From: Pseudobacteriovorax sp.
GTDB lineage: Bacteria; Bdellovibrionota_B; Oligoflexia; Oligoflexales; Oligoflexaceae
Direction of reading: 5' to 3'
Length of the DNA: 64,000 nucleotides
Assembly (NCBI GenBank): GCA_050293845.1
Contig: JBNKNM010000007.1
Span: 1 to 64,000 of the forward strand
Shown: piece by piece, positions 41,671 to 50,934 of the stretch
How positions within the stretch are numbered: the first letter of the stretch is position 1
How the letters are laid out: each line of letters begins with the position of its first letter
Notes under the pieces: generated by a model
Seen by the model: the letters and a program-made list of their open reading frames with translations, nothing else
Told to the model about the DNA's origin: nothing
Database searches by the model: none
Translations under genes and position numbers: made by a program

Positions 41671-41778
41671 TTAGTTGGCTTTGCCTGCTTCGGCTCTTCG
41701 CTTTTGTCTTAACTTGAGTTTTCGGCGAGCCAAGCGACGTCTTACTTTACGAGTTCTTCGGTTATCTCCGCGTCCCAT
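41671..41778 (-). CDS. Uncalled 35-aa Arg/Lys-rich protein, candidate small ribosomal protein
   Basis: MGRGDNRRTRKVRRRLARRKLKLRQKRRAEAGKAN; RBS AAGGGG 6 nt before the ATG; fills the rpmB-rpsT gap on the same strand. Confidence 0.75.
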   Translation of the reverse strand: MGRGDNRRTRKVRRRLARRKLKLRQKRRAEAGKAN

Positions 41779-41788
41779 TACTAACCCC

Positions 41789-42019
41789 TTATTTCAACTT
41801 GGTTCCGGTTTTACGGGCAAAGGCATCTAAGCCTAGTTTATCGATGGTTCTGATGGCAGCTGTTGAAACTTTCAGGGTAACAAATTTACCCAGTTCAGCA
41901 GACCAAAAGCGCTTCTTCTGTAAGTTAGGTAAGAAGCGATGCTTTGTCTTGATGTTAGAGTGGGAAACACGATGACCCACAAGAACTTTTTTGCCAGTTA
42001 ATTCACACACTCTAGCCAT
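41789..42019 (-). CDS. rpmB: 50S ribosomal protein L28
   Basis: [15 protein letters not shown] and RFLPNLQ motifs. Confidence 0.97.
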   Translation of the reverse strand: MARVCELTGKKVLVGHRVSHSNIKTKHRFLPNLQKKRFWSAELGKFVTLKVSTAAIRTIDKLGLDAFARKTGTKLK

Positions 42020-42378
42020 TACGCTTCTCCTTGGTTTTCTTTAGGTGAAGGAGCATCACTGCGATCTGTTGGGCGACCTACTTTGCGCGCTGTACCAATA
42101 GCAGACGTGGCGATTGCCGACATCTCAGTGGCGAAATTTCTTTCTTGGCGGTGTGCTAGTGAGAACGGTAGCAGAGCTAAGTAACGTGCTCTTTTTACAG
42201 ACGTACAGATTGAGCGTTGTTGACTTGCCGTTGCTCCGGAGATACGACGAGGAATGATCTTCCCGCGGTCTGTGATGAAACGCCTTAGGATCTCTGGATT
42301 TTTGTAATCAATCTCGATGTTAGGATCGAGGGTCCGTTTACGACGGAACAATAATCTTTTTTTCTTTTTCGCAGCCAT
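42019..42378 (-). CDS. rpsR: 30S ribosomal protein S18 (non-zinc) with C-terminal extension
   Basis: [15 protein letters not shown] and [11 protein letters not shown] motifs; probable start ATG 42378 after GGAGG. Confidence 0.95.
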   Translation of the reverse strand: MAAKKKKRLLFRRKRTLDPNIEIDYKNPEILRRFITDRGKIIPRRISGATASQQRSICTSVKRARYLALLPFSLAHRQERNFATEMSAIATSAIGTARKVGRPTDRSDAPSPKENQGEA

Positions 42379-42663
42379 GAAGCCTCCAGTTAGCGATCTG
42401 TGCCCAAATCTTGGGCTTCCCCAACTCAATTTTCAATATGTCAGCAGAGCGTCGGGCTAGGGAAATTAACTTAAATAGTCGCAATAGGCAAGCAATTTGA
42501 CAAATAGCGCCAACGATCCTCCACCAGAGGCTATCAAGTGGTTTTTTATCGCATAAAAAAGGTATTTTTTGACGCACAATATCAAACTAGTCGCCTAAGG
42601 GCTTTACTGATAGAACAGTCTAGTCGACAAGGCAAGTATAATTTTAGGTGATAGTAGATATAG

Positions 42664-44943
42664 ATGATGAACGGATATGAGGGAAGAATCCATTATGAGG
42701 TTGCTGTGGATTCTATTCTTCCCACAACCCTAACGTACTACTCTGATAAGAAAATATCGGCTGGCTGCCGCGTAATCGTTCCCTTAGGGCGAGCGAATCG
42801 CAAAACCTTAGGGGTTGTCCTCGGACAGGGCGAAGCTCCCGAAGGGATAGCAGCCAAAGCGATTGGCGATATTATGGATAGCTCTCCCTTTTTCAGTGAA
42901 ACCTTAATCGTCATGGGGCGTTGGCTGGCAGATTATTATTTTTTTCCCATAGGTCAGGTATTCAAAACCATGTTACCGGGGGGAACTAAAGTTAAGAAAT
43001 TGGAAACCGTGTTTCTGTTACCAGCCGGTCTTGAGGCGCAAAAGGATCACGATCATCCCCACTATCCTGTAATAAAATCTATTTTTGGTGGCCGAAGCTC
43101 TTTAAGACGAAAAACATTTCTAAGTAAAATCGAGCGATTGTACCCGGAAAACCCGCAGCAGCCCCTGGGCTTGCTGCGCTCGCAAAAACTGATCGAGGAA
43201 TCAAACCAAAGAAACTTGGACCTGCGTCAACAGGGTCGGCTGGGGGAAGCTGCTCCCGAAATCGGTGTAACCAAAGATATGAGCCTCACTCCCGATCAAG
43301 AGGCTGTCTTTCGCGAGATAGAGCGCAGCTTTTCCGAAAGACAACCTATACCAGTCTTGCTTTGGGGGGTAACAGGAGCCGGAAAAACAGAGATATATCT
43401 GCATCTGATCGAATCTTTATTGGCTCGGGCTGCTGATCAGCAAGCCCTAGTCCTAGTTCCAGAGATATCTTTAACCCCACAAATGACCCATGTCTTTTCC
43501 CTGCGATTTCCGGGACAGGTTGTAGTGGTGCATTCAGCGTTAGATGATAAGGATAGGTGGAAAAGGCTTGAAGCCATCCGTTCCCAAGAAAAAAGAATTT
43601 TGATCGGACCGCGCTCTGCTGTTTTTGCTCCCTTTAAATCGCTGGGCCTTATCATTGTGGATGAAGAGCATGACAGCAGCTACAAGCAAGGGAGTGGGCT
43701 AAGATATAATGGTCGGGATGTCGCCGTTTTGCGGGCAAAGCTGGAAGGATGCCCTGTCGTTCTAGGTAGTGCGACACCATCGCTGGAGTCCTTTTATAAT
43801 GTTCAGTTAGGGAAATTTCAGCTGCAAACATTGCATCAAAGGCATAACCAAGGGCCGCTACCTGAGCTACAGGTTGTCGAGCAAAAAACTAAGCCCAGCT
43901 CCGGACAATCCTTATCAGGGGGATTTGAGGACGTCGATATACCGGTGCAGCCAGAAATTATTGATGCCCTCCGGGCCAATTACCAGCAACGGATGCAATC
44001 CATCGTGATTGTCAACAGGAGAGGCTATGCCTACTTTTTATTCTCCCGCGTGAGCAAGAAGACGGTACAGTGTCCTTCATGTAGTGTTAGTATGACTGTC
44101 CATAAGCAAAAATTTCACCTCAAATGCCATTACTGCGATTACACAACGCCCTTAGCTCCTTACTTAGCGAAGCCCCATGGAGAGTACCTTCTGGTTGGTT
44201 ATGGCAGCGAGCAAGCCGAGCAGTTTCTGGCGCAGTCAATGCCAGAGGCTAATATTGTTAGGGTCGATTCTGACACTGTTGCTAAGAAGGGTGAGTTGGA
44301 AAAAATCTTATCTGCTTTTCGCTCTGGTGAAATCGACATTCTTGTAGGGACGCAAATTCTTGCCAAGGGTCATGATTTCCCCAAGGTAACCCTTATCTGC
44401 CTTCTGGAAGTCGATCAAATGCTAAACTTACCTGATTTTCGAGCGGGAGAGAGAACTTTTCAGTTGATTGTGCAGGCTGCTGGACGCGCAGGCCGCGCCG
44501 AGCATCCGGGTAAGGTTCTTATGCAGTCACGGCAGCCTCACCAGGAAACCATGAGGGCAGCTATGAAGCAAGATTACCAGGAGTTTGTGGCTCAGGAGAT
44601 AGCATTTCGCCGTCAGCACTTTTTTCCACCCATTGCCAAAATGATACTCATTGAATTTAACGGACCCCATAAGGATGTCCTCGATCAGTTCGTTCGGAAT
44701 TTTGATGCTTTTCTTAAAGATGCGATGCTTAAGAACCCCAGTTTGTTCCAGAAGGTCCATATTTTAGGACCGGCCGTACCGGCCATTGAAAAGGTACGCA
44801 ATCGCTGGCGCCGTACGCTGCTGCTTTCGGCACAGAGCCATCTGGCTCTTAGGGAACTCAGCAGATTTTTATTGGAAAGCCTGAAAAAACTCCCCCGTGG
44901 TTTGCGTATGATAGTCGATGTGGACCCCCAAGCCATCATTTAA
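42664..44943 (+). CDS. priA: Primosomal protein N' (PriA)
   Basis: GVTGAGKT, DEEH and GSATPS motifs; Cys-rich region; QAAGRAGR. Confidence 0.97.
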   Translation: MMNGYEGRIHYEVAVDSILPTTLTYYSDKKISAGCRVIVPLGRANRKTLGVVLGQGEAPEGIAAKAIGDIMDSSPFFSETLIVMGRWLADYYFFPIGQVFKTMLPGGTKVKKLETVFLLPAGLEAQKDHDHPHYPVIKSIFGGRSSLRRKTFLSKIERLYPENPQQPLGLLRSQKLIEESNQRNLDLRQQGRLGEAAPEIGVTKDMSLTPDQEAVFREIERSFSERQPIPVLLWGVTGAGKTEIYLHLIESLLARAADQQALVLVPEISLTPQMTHVFSLRFPGQVVVVHSALDDKDRWKRLEAIRSQEKRILIGPRSAVFAPFKSLGLIIVDEEHDSSYKQGSGLRYNGRDVAVLRAKLEGCPVVLGSATPSLESFYNVQLGKFQLQTLHQRHNQGPLPELQVVEQKTKPSSGQSLSGGFEDVDIPVQPEIIDALRANYQQRMQSIVIVNRRGYAYFLFSRVSKKTVQCPSCSVSMTVHKQKFHLKCHYCDYTTPLAPYLAKPHGEYLLVGYGSEQAEQFLAQSMPEANIVRVDSDTVAKKGELEKILSAFRSGEIDILVGTQILAKGHDFPKVTLICLLEVDQMLNLPDFRAGERTFQLIVQAAGRAGRAEHPGKVLMQSRQPHQETMRAAMKQDYQEFVAQEIAFRRQHFFPPIAKMILIEFNGPHKDVLDQFVRNFDAFLKDAMLKNPSLFQKVHILGPAVPAIEKVRNRWRRTLLLSAQSHLALRELSRFLLESLKKLPRGLRMIVDVDPQAII

Positions 44944-45120
44944 GGTTAAATCCACAATTTCCCTAGGGCTTATAGCCTGACAGCTTTTGACTTAAAGCGA
45001 AAATGCGAACTCAATTTACAGATCCTTGCTTTAAGGTTATGAAAGGATAAGCATTTCTTTTTTGACGGCTAAGTAATAAAATAGCAACGCAGAGAGAACG
45101 TAAAACCAGAGGGAGCAGAC

Positions 45121-45708
45121 ATGGAATTGAATCAAGTCGGACTAGACCAGCTAGCATCCGTACAAAGTGAAACCAAGTTGCTGGAAAAACGTACGATTTT
45201 TGTCTCAGAAGGCATAAATTCGACCGTTGCCAAGAAAGTCGTTAACCATTTATTGGCTTTTGAGGCTCAGGACTCCTCTCAGCCCATATATGTCTATCTT
45301 AATAGCCCTGGTGGTGAGGTGAATAGTGGCTTTGCTATTTATGACACCATGCGCTTTATTAATTCAGAAGTGCGTATTGTTTGTACGGGGCTTTGCGCTA
45401 GTATTGCTACTATCATCCTATTAGGTGCACCAAAAGAACATCGATATGGCATGGTGAATGCTAAATTCTTGATTCATCAGCCGCTTATTGGGGGGCATAT
45501 TCAAGGACAGGCTTCTGACCTAGAAATTACTGCCCGTGAAATTATAAAAACTCGCAAGAAAATTAATGAAATGCTCTCTAAGGAGTGCGGCCAGGATTAT
45601 GCCAAGGTGGAAGAGGATACCACACGAGATTATTGGATGGGTGCCAGTGAGGCCTTAGAATATGGTCTGATCTCAAAAATTGTCGAAAATATTGGAGAGA
45701 TAAGCTAG
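45121..45708 (+). CDS. clpP: ATP-dependent Clp protease proteolytic subunit
   Basis: NSPGG; catalytic CAS, IHQP and RDYW motifs. Confidence 0.95.
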   Translation: MELNQVGLDQLASVQSETKLLEKRTIFVSEGINSTVAKKVVNHLLAFEAQDSSQPIYVYLNSPGGEVNSGFAIYDTMRFINSEVRIVCTGLCASIATIILLGAPKEHRYGMVNAKFLIHQPLIGGHIQGQASDLEITAREIIKTRKKINEMLSKECGQDYAKVEEDTTRDYWMGASEALEYGLISKIVENIGEIS

Positions 45709-45823
45709 TAGACACTGATCCGGTGTCGGTGTGCGATTACACCAATCAACAGGGCTGTAGCCCTGTCGCTCCATCTTCGCCTGCCGTGAGTCGTCAAGTA
45801 GTAATACAATATACGAGAATCTC

Positions 45824-47524
45824 TTGCTAAGACAATTTTTGCGCCGTGAATTATCGAGTATTAGTGTAGCGACCCTATGCTCCCTTATGGTGGGTATAGT
45901 GACAACCATTCTTTTTGCCTTGCTTGGTCCAGCCTTTGAGACGGTACAGACCCAGGAGGGTGTACACCTTGAGTTTACAGAGCTTTTCGGAAAGTATATT
46001 GGCACCTTTTTGACTACTATCTTCCAGAAGTCGTACATATTAGGAGCAGAGCTATGGAGCTTTCTTCCCTATGCTATTGTGCTGTTGGCTTTTCTTCGGG
46101 CTACTTTATCTATAACACAGTGGTATCTCTGGGAGCGGACCAGTGAGAAAATGGCGTCGGAGATTCGTCAGAGGTTGGTAGGACGCTACCTCAAACTTCA
46201 TCCCCGTGTTTGCCTGGAACACCCTGGTTTTGACCAACAAATTTCGTCGACTCTGACCACCGATGTGAAGTTTCTCAGGGAATATATTGTTCATTTTTAT
46301 GGTGGTTTTCCCAGAGAACTGATTCAGGTCATTCTATATCTTGCAACCGCGGCGAGCCTATCGCCTAAACTCTTTTTGATATTTGTCCTGGGTGTAGGTC
46401 CATTTGGCTATATTATGAGCCGCCTGGGCAAGAAAATACGGCGACGATCAGGGAAGGCCTTGGCCTCCTATGGGGACCTTAGTGAATGGCTGCAGCAAAG
46501 GCTGCTAGGTATTGAAACCATCAAACACTATGGTACCGAGCAGGAAGAATACGAGAAAATGTGTCAGCAAACGGAGCAGCTCAACCATAAATTTCTTAAA
46601 ACGGTACGGGTGAAAGCCCGCACTAACCCTACTTTAGAAGTGGGGGCCGTAGCAGCTCTTGTGGTTGTACTGCATTTAGCCCTGGATATGGTGGCTCATT
46701 CTGAAGTCAGCGGCAGCGTCATGATGTCTTTTTTTTCCATCCTAGGTATTATGACACAGTCAGCGTCTAAGTTAGGGCGCTACTATAATAGCAATAAGGA
46801 GGGATCAGCCGCCTTGAGCCGCATTGCCAATTTTGAGGCTATGATCTCTGACTATCATAAAGATCGTATGTTCCCGGAGCACTTTCATGATGATGAGGAG
46901 TTTAGCATTAAGATAGAGGGTTTGACGCTGTCTTATCCCGGACAAACGGAGCGCATTCTAGACTCCTTTGATTATGAATTTAAGAAAGCTAAGCTATACT
47001 GCATCTCGGGACCATCGGGAGCAGGTAAAAGCACTTTGCTTGCGGCACTGCTAGGGCTACTGCCCCCCGTAAAAGGTTTGGTGCGGTTCCATAAGTCCTT
47101 AAGCAAAGAAACCATTGGTTATCTGCCTCAGGCAATCAATTTGGCTCCTGTCAGTATTGCAGAAAACATCGCCTATCCCGATGACATTATAGATCCAACA
47201 AGACTCCACACAGCCTTGAAAAGCGCCGCTTTGGAAAATGCCTTCTCTGATGCAGCTCTATACGCCCCTCCTAGCGAAGAAGGTCACTCTGTAAGTGGGG
47301 GACAACTGCAGCGCATTATGCTAGCGCGTATCTTCTATCATCAGTACCCTTTAGTTTTTATTGATGAGGGTACCTCAGCTATCGATCCTGAGAACGAAAA
47401 ACTGGTACTGGATAGGTTAAAGCTGCTTGTTAGTCTTGGGAGTACCGTTGTGATGATTGCCCATAGATCGGCTGGGGTGCGGGCAGCGGATGAGGTTTTA
47501 GTATTAAACCAGAGACGGCGATGA
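45824..47524 (+). CDS. ABC exporter with fused permease and ATPase (MsbA-like)
   Basis: TM domain plus GPSGAGKST, SGGQLQR, DEGTS and AHR motifs. Confidence 0.88.
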   Translation: MLRQFLRRELSSISVATLCSLMVGIVTTILFALLGPAFETVQTQEGVHLEFTELFGKYIGTFLTTIFQKSYILGAELWSFLPYAIVLLAFLRATLSITQWYLWERTSEKMASEIRQRLVGRYLKLHPRVCLEHPGFDQQISSTLTTDVKFLREYIVHFYGGFPRELIQVILYLATAASLSPKLFLIFVLGVGPFGYIMSRLGKKIRRRSGKALASYGDLSEWLQQRLLGIETIKHYGTEQEEYEKMCQQTEQLNHKFLKTVRVKARTNPTLEVGAVAALVVVLHLALDMVAHSEVSGSVMMSFFSILGIMTQSASKLGRYYNSNKEGSAALSRIANFEAMISDYHKDRMFPEHFHDDEEFSIKIEGLTLSYPGQTERILDSFDYEFKKAKLYCISGPSGAGKSTLLAALLGLLPPVKGLVRFHKSLSKETIGYLPQAINLAPVSIAENIAYPDDIIDPTRLHTALKSAALENAFSDAALYAPPSEEGHSVSGGQLQRIMLARIFYHQYPLVFIDEGTSAIDPENEKLVLDRLKLLVSLGSTVVMIAHRSAGVRAADEVLVLNQRRR

Positions 47525-47674
47525 TCCTAGGATCCGCAATTTTCTCCTGACTCTTTGTAATATGGCTCAACATGTGCCGTTCATGATTCCGGAAAGTTGG
47601 TCTGCACTTGCGAGAAGCACCCCTACCCACTGCTGTGGCAAGAAGCGGGGGTGCTGTTCGTACTAAAAGTTTTT

Positions 47675-48643
47675 TTAGAGATTCAGTGCTTTTAGCTTTG
47701 TGGTGAGAATGGGAACAGCTTCAAAGAGATCAGCAACAATACCATAATCGGCTACTTTGAAGATGGGAGCTTCTGGGTCGGTATTAATCGCTACAATAAT
47801 TTTGGATGTTCTCATCCCAGCCATATGCTGGATGGAACCACTAATGCCGCATGCGATATAAAGGCTGGGATTAACGGTTTTTCCTGTTTGGCCAACTTGC
47901 ATATCGTGGGACGCATAGCCAGAATCGACGGCGGCTCGTGATGCACCCACTGTAGCATTGACGGTTTCAGCACATTCGTGGAGTATTTTAAAGGCATCGG
48001 CAGAACCCATGGCGCGCCCCCCGGAAATAATTTTGCTGGCCTCTGTCAGGTCGGCTTTTTGATTAGCCCCTTTGCGGATTTCAAGAGTCTTCAGCAGCTC
48101 TTGCTTATCGGAAAATGCTATCGCTTCAGCCGTAGCGGCACCGTTACCCGAAGCGCTTGCTTGGATTGTATTGGGGCGAATCGTTGCAAATTTAACGGAG
48201 TCACTCTGAAAGGTGAGGTTTGCTAAAGCTTTACCAGCAAACATAGGTTTGACCCCATGAAGACTACCATCTTTTTCCTCAAGAGAGATTAAATCGGTCA
48301 TAAGCCCAGCATCATTGCGAGCTGCAAGGCGTGGGAAAAGATCCCGACCTAAAGGAGAAGAGGACCCTAATACTAAATCGGGGTTAAAGCTATCGATAGC
48401 TTTCTGAGCTGCATTGGCATAATTTAAAGCATTATAGTTTTCCAGGCTTTCATCTTCTATCGTATAGACTTTTTCAACACCGTAGCCTGCAAGTGCAGAT
48501 GCCTGGCTGCTAATATCCTTCCCTATGATGACAGCTGCCACTGAGCTGGGGTCTTGAGTTAGACGCGCTGCTGTGGTCGCAATCTCAAAAGCACTGGACT
48601 TAAGGGTGCTAGAACGCTGATCTGCAATAATTAATATTTTCAT
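47675..48643 (-). CDS. etfA: Electron transfer flavoprotein alpha subunit
   Basis: GASRAAVD, QVGQTGK and GISGSIQH motifs. Confidence 0.97.
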   Translation of the reverse strand: MKILIIADQRSSTLKSSAFEIATTAARLTQDPSSVAAVIIGKDISSQASALAGYGVEKVYTIEDESLENYNALNYANAAQKAIDSFNPDLVLGSSSPLGRDLFPRLAARNDAGLMTDLISLEEKDGSLHGVKPMFAGKALANLTFQSDSVKFATIRPNTIQASASGNGAATAEAIAFSDKQELLKTLEIRKGANQKADLTEASKIISGGRAMGSADAFKILHECAETVNATVGASRAAVDSGYASHDMQVGQTGKTVNPSLYIACGISGSIQHMAGMRTSKIIVAINTDPEAPIFKVADYGIVADLFEAVPILTTKLKALNL

Positions 48644-48660
48644 AAGTGTACCTCTTAGTA

Positions 48661-49446
48661 TTATAGAGCTTTGGCTTCATCGCGCAGTAATTGAACAACT
48701 TTTTCGACCATCGCTTCCACAGGTTCATCCTGGAATAACTTACCAGCTGGTTTTTCAGCAGGAAATGTAAAGGAAGTCACGGCGACTTTATTGCTGAGAC
48801 TATCGGCGGAAAGTCCTAAGTCGCCTAGGGTTTTGTGGTCGAAAGGCTTACGCTTGGCTTTCATGATGCCAGGCAGGGAGGTATAACGGGGAGAATTCAA
48901 TGATTTATTGGCACCTATAATACCAGGCAGGTTGAATTGATGGACTTCGATCTGTCCTCCTTCAACTTCACGCTCGACAGTGCAGGATTCGCCCTCAAGT
49001 GTGACCTTATTTGCTACATTTACATGGGGCCACTGTAGCAGCTCTGCTAGCATTGTACCAACATGCATATTATCGTCATCGATGGCTTGCTTACCACATA
49101 ATACCAAACTAGGTTGCTCTTCATCGATCAAAGCCTTTAAGACCTTTGCGATCGCTAATGAATCGGCATCCTCTAGGCCTTCGTTGTTGACAAGAATGCC
49201 ACGATCAGCACCCATGGCTAGGCCTTTGACGATGAACTCTTTGCAGGATGCATCGCTGAAACTGGCGATAACTACTTCTCCGCCACCAGCCTTTTCTTTG
49301 ATCTGTAGTGCTTCTTCGATAGCAAATTCATCATATGGATTGGTAATAAACTTGGTATTGCCGTGGTCCACCTTAGATTGGTCTGATGCTAACTCAATCT
49401 TTGTTTCAGTATCAGGTGTTTTCTTAATCAGTACTAAAATTTTCAT
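48661..49446 (-). CDS. etfB: Electron transfer flavoprotein beta subunit
   Basis: NPYDEFAIEEA, AMGAD and GKQAIDDD motifs. Confidence 0.97.
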   Translation of the reverse strand: MKILVLIKKTPDTETKIELASDQSKVDHGNTKFITNPYDEFAIEEALQIKEKAGGGEVVIASFSDASCKEFIVKGLAMGADRGILVNNEGLEDADSLAIAKVLKALIDEEQPSLVLCGKQAIDDDNMHVGTMLAELLQWPHVNVANKVTLEGESCTVEREVEGGQIEVHQFNLPGIIGANKSLNSPRYTSLPGIMKAKRKPFDHKTLGDLGLSADSLSNKVAVTSFTFPAEKPAGKLFQDEPVEAMVEKVVQLLRDEAKAL

Positions 49447-49566
49447 CGATACCTCTATTAAAGAGTGATTATTGTGTGCCCCCTCAGGGGAAGCAGATTA
49501 TCAAGCACCGCCATGTTTATCAAGATGTCTAGTTTATCGGTCAGATATGCATGGTAAAGGCGGTAT

Positions 49567-50727
49567 CTAGCTTGGTTGTTTGCTGGTAGCAAAGCTCTTC
49601 AATGTGGCAGCAACCCCTGATCCCACAGAAAATTCATATCCGAGATGTGCTAATGTTAGCTCAAAGGAGCTGATAGCGTTAATGACATCTAGCTCGTCAA
49701 AAAAGCCTAGATGAGCGATGCGGACAATTTTGCCCTTGGCTTTATCCTGCCCTCCGGCAAAAATAGCCCCAAACTCCTGCCGTGCCACAGCCAAAAACTT
49801 TAGTCCATCAACAGACTTTGGTAAAGAAATGGCGGTAAGAGCTTGGGAGTGATGCCGGCGGCTGTAGAGGCTTAAACCCATGGCTTCAACACCATCACGG
49901 CATGCTATAGAGGCTCGCTGGTGAAGTGCAGCAAGGTTGCTGGCACCGATGTTAGATAACGACCTAAGGGACTCCTGCAAGGACAGGACTAATGTGGTGG
50001 CTGGTGTCCATGCCGTTGCCCCATCGACCTGCCCCTTTAATTCCTTCCTGAGGTCGAAATAGAATTTGGGCCGCTGACTTAGACTATTTTGAGCCTTGTC
50101 AGAAAGAGCTATGAAGGCTAAGCCAGGAGGGACTCCAAAACCTTTTTGGCTTCCTGACAACATACAGTCAATCTGCAATTGCTCCATGGATACTTCATGT
50201 GCCACTAGAGCACTAATAGCGTCGACAACGACCAGGGCATCGGAGTATTGCCTGACTATGGGGATAATATCATTTAAAGGGTAGGCCACTCCTGTGGAGG
50301 TTTCATTAGCTTGGATGAAAAATGCTTTTAGTTTGCTAATAGACTGGAGTTTAGTTTTAAGCTGTTCCAAATCGGGAGAATCTCCCCAATCGACATCCAA
50401 AACATGGGTTTTACATTGATAGGCTTCTCCCAGTTTTTTCCATCTTTCACCAAACTTACCACCGTTAATCACCAAAATCTGATCGCCAGGTTCTGTTAAA
50501 TTCACCATAGCTGCTTCCATGGCTCCAGATCCAGAGCAAGTCAAAATAATGGGGTTGTGGGGGCCGTTAAAAAATCCATGTAGCAGCTGGCGCGTTTCCA
50601 ATAAAATATCCTTAAATTCTCGTGATCTATGATAAATATTGGTGTTTAATGATGCTAAGGCTGACGCTGCGGGAACAGGAGTTGGGCCAGGACAGTAGAG
50701 TCTATTACGTAAATAGCTTCCAGTCAT
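49567..50727 (-). CDS. Class V PLP aminotransferase (serine-pyruvate/alanine-glyoxylate type)
   Basis: PGPTP, NETSTGV, VDAIS and SGSQK motifs. Confidence 0.92.
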   Translation of the reverse strand: MTGSYLRNRLYCPGPTPVPAASALASLNTNIYHRSREFKDILLETRQLLHGFFNGPHNPIILTCSGSGAMEAAMVNLTEPGDQILVINGGKFGERWKKLGEAYQCKTHVLDVDWGDSPDLEQLKTKLQSISKLKAFFIQANETSTGVAYPLNDIIPIVRQYSDALVVVDAISALVAHEVSMEQLQIDCMLSGSQKGFGVPPGLAFIALSDKAQNSLSQRPKFYFDLRKELKGQVDGATAWTPATTLVLSLQESLRSLSNIGASNLAALHQRASIACRDGVEAMGLSLYSRRHHSQALTAISLPKSVDGLKFLAVARQEFGAIFAGGQDKAKGKIVRIAHLGFFDELDVINAISSFELTLAHLGYEFSVGSGVAATLKSFATSKQPS

Positions 50728-50934
50728 TATTAGGGCTCCTTAGAAAATAGTCTTTGGCTGCAAGCAAACTATCGCAAAAGTGGACCAAGCCACAAGCGTA
50801 TTTGCTGTGGATTAAACAATCTGATGGCTCTCGCTGGCCGCAGTTTTCGTCAGAGCTAAAACGCTTGATTTGGCGATGATGTGTGCTACTGCAGCAAAAG
50901 AGCGATACCCTTTTTGGGAAAGGGGCGCAAGTTA

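Noticed and set aside
45711..45790. tRNA or tRNA-like gene after clpP
   Set aside because: No acceptor stem, TTC T-loop or 7-nt anticodon loop; kept only as an unexplained hairpin cluster.
48980..49468. 162-aa plus-strand ORF and similar shadow ORFs (4151-4579, 9100-9477, 40000-40371, 56486-56926)
   Set aside because: Antisense to well-supported conserved genes, with no motifs of their own.
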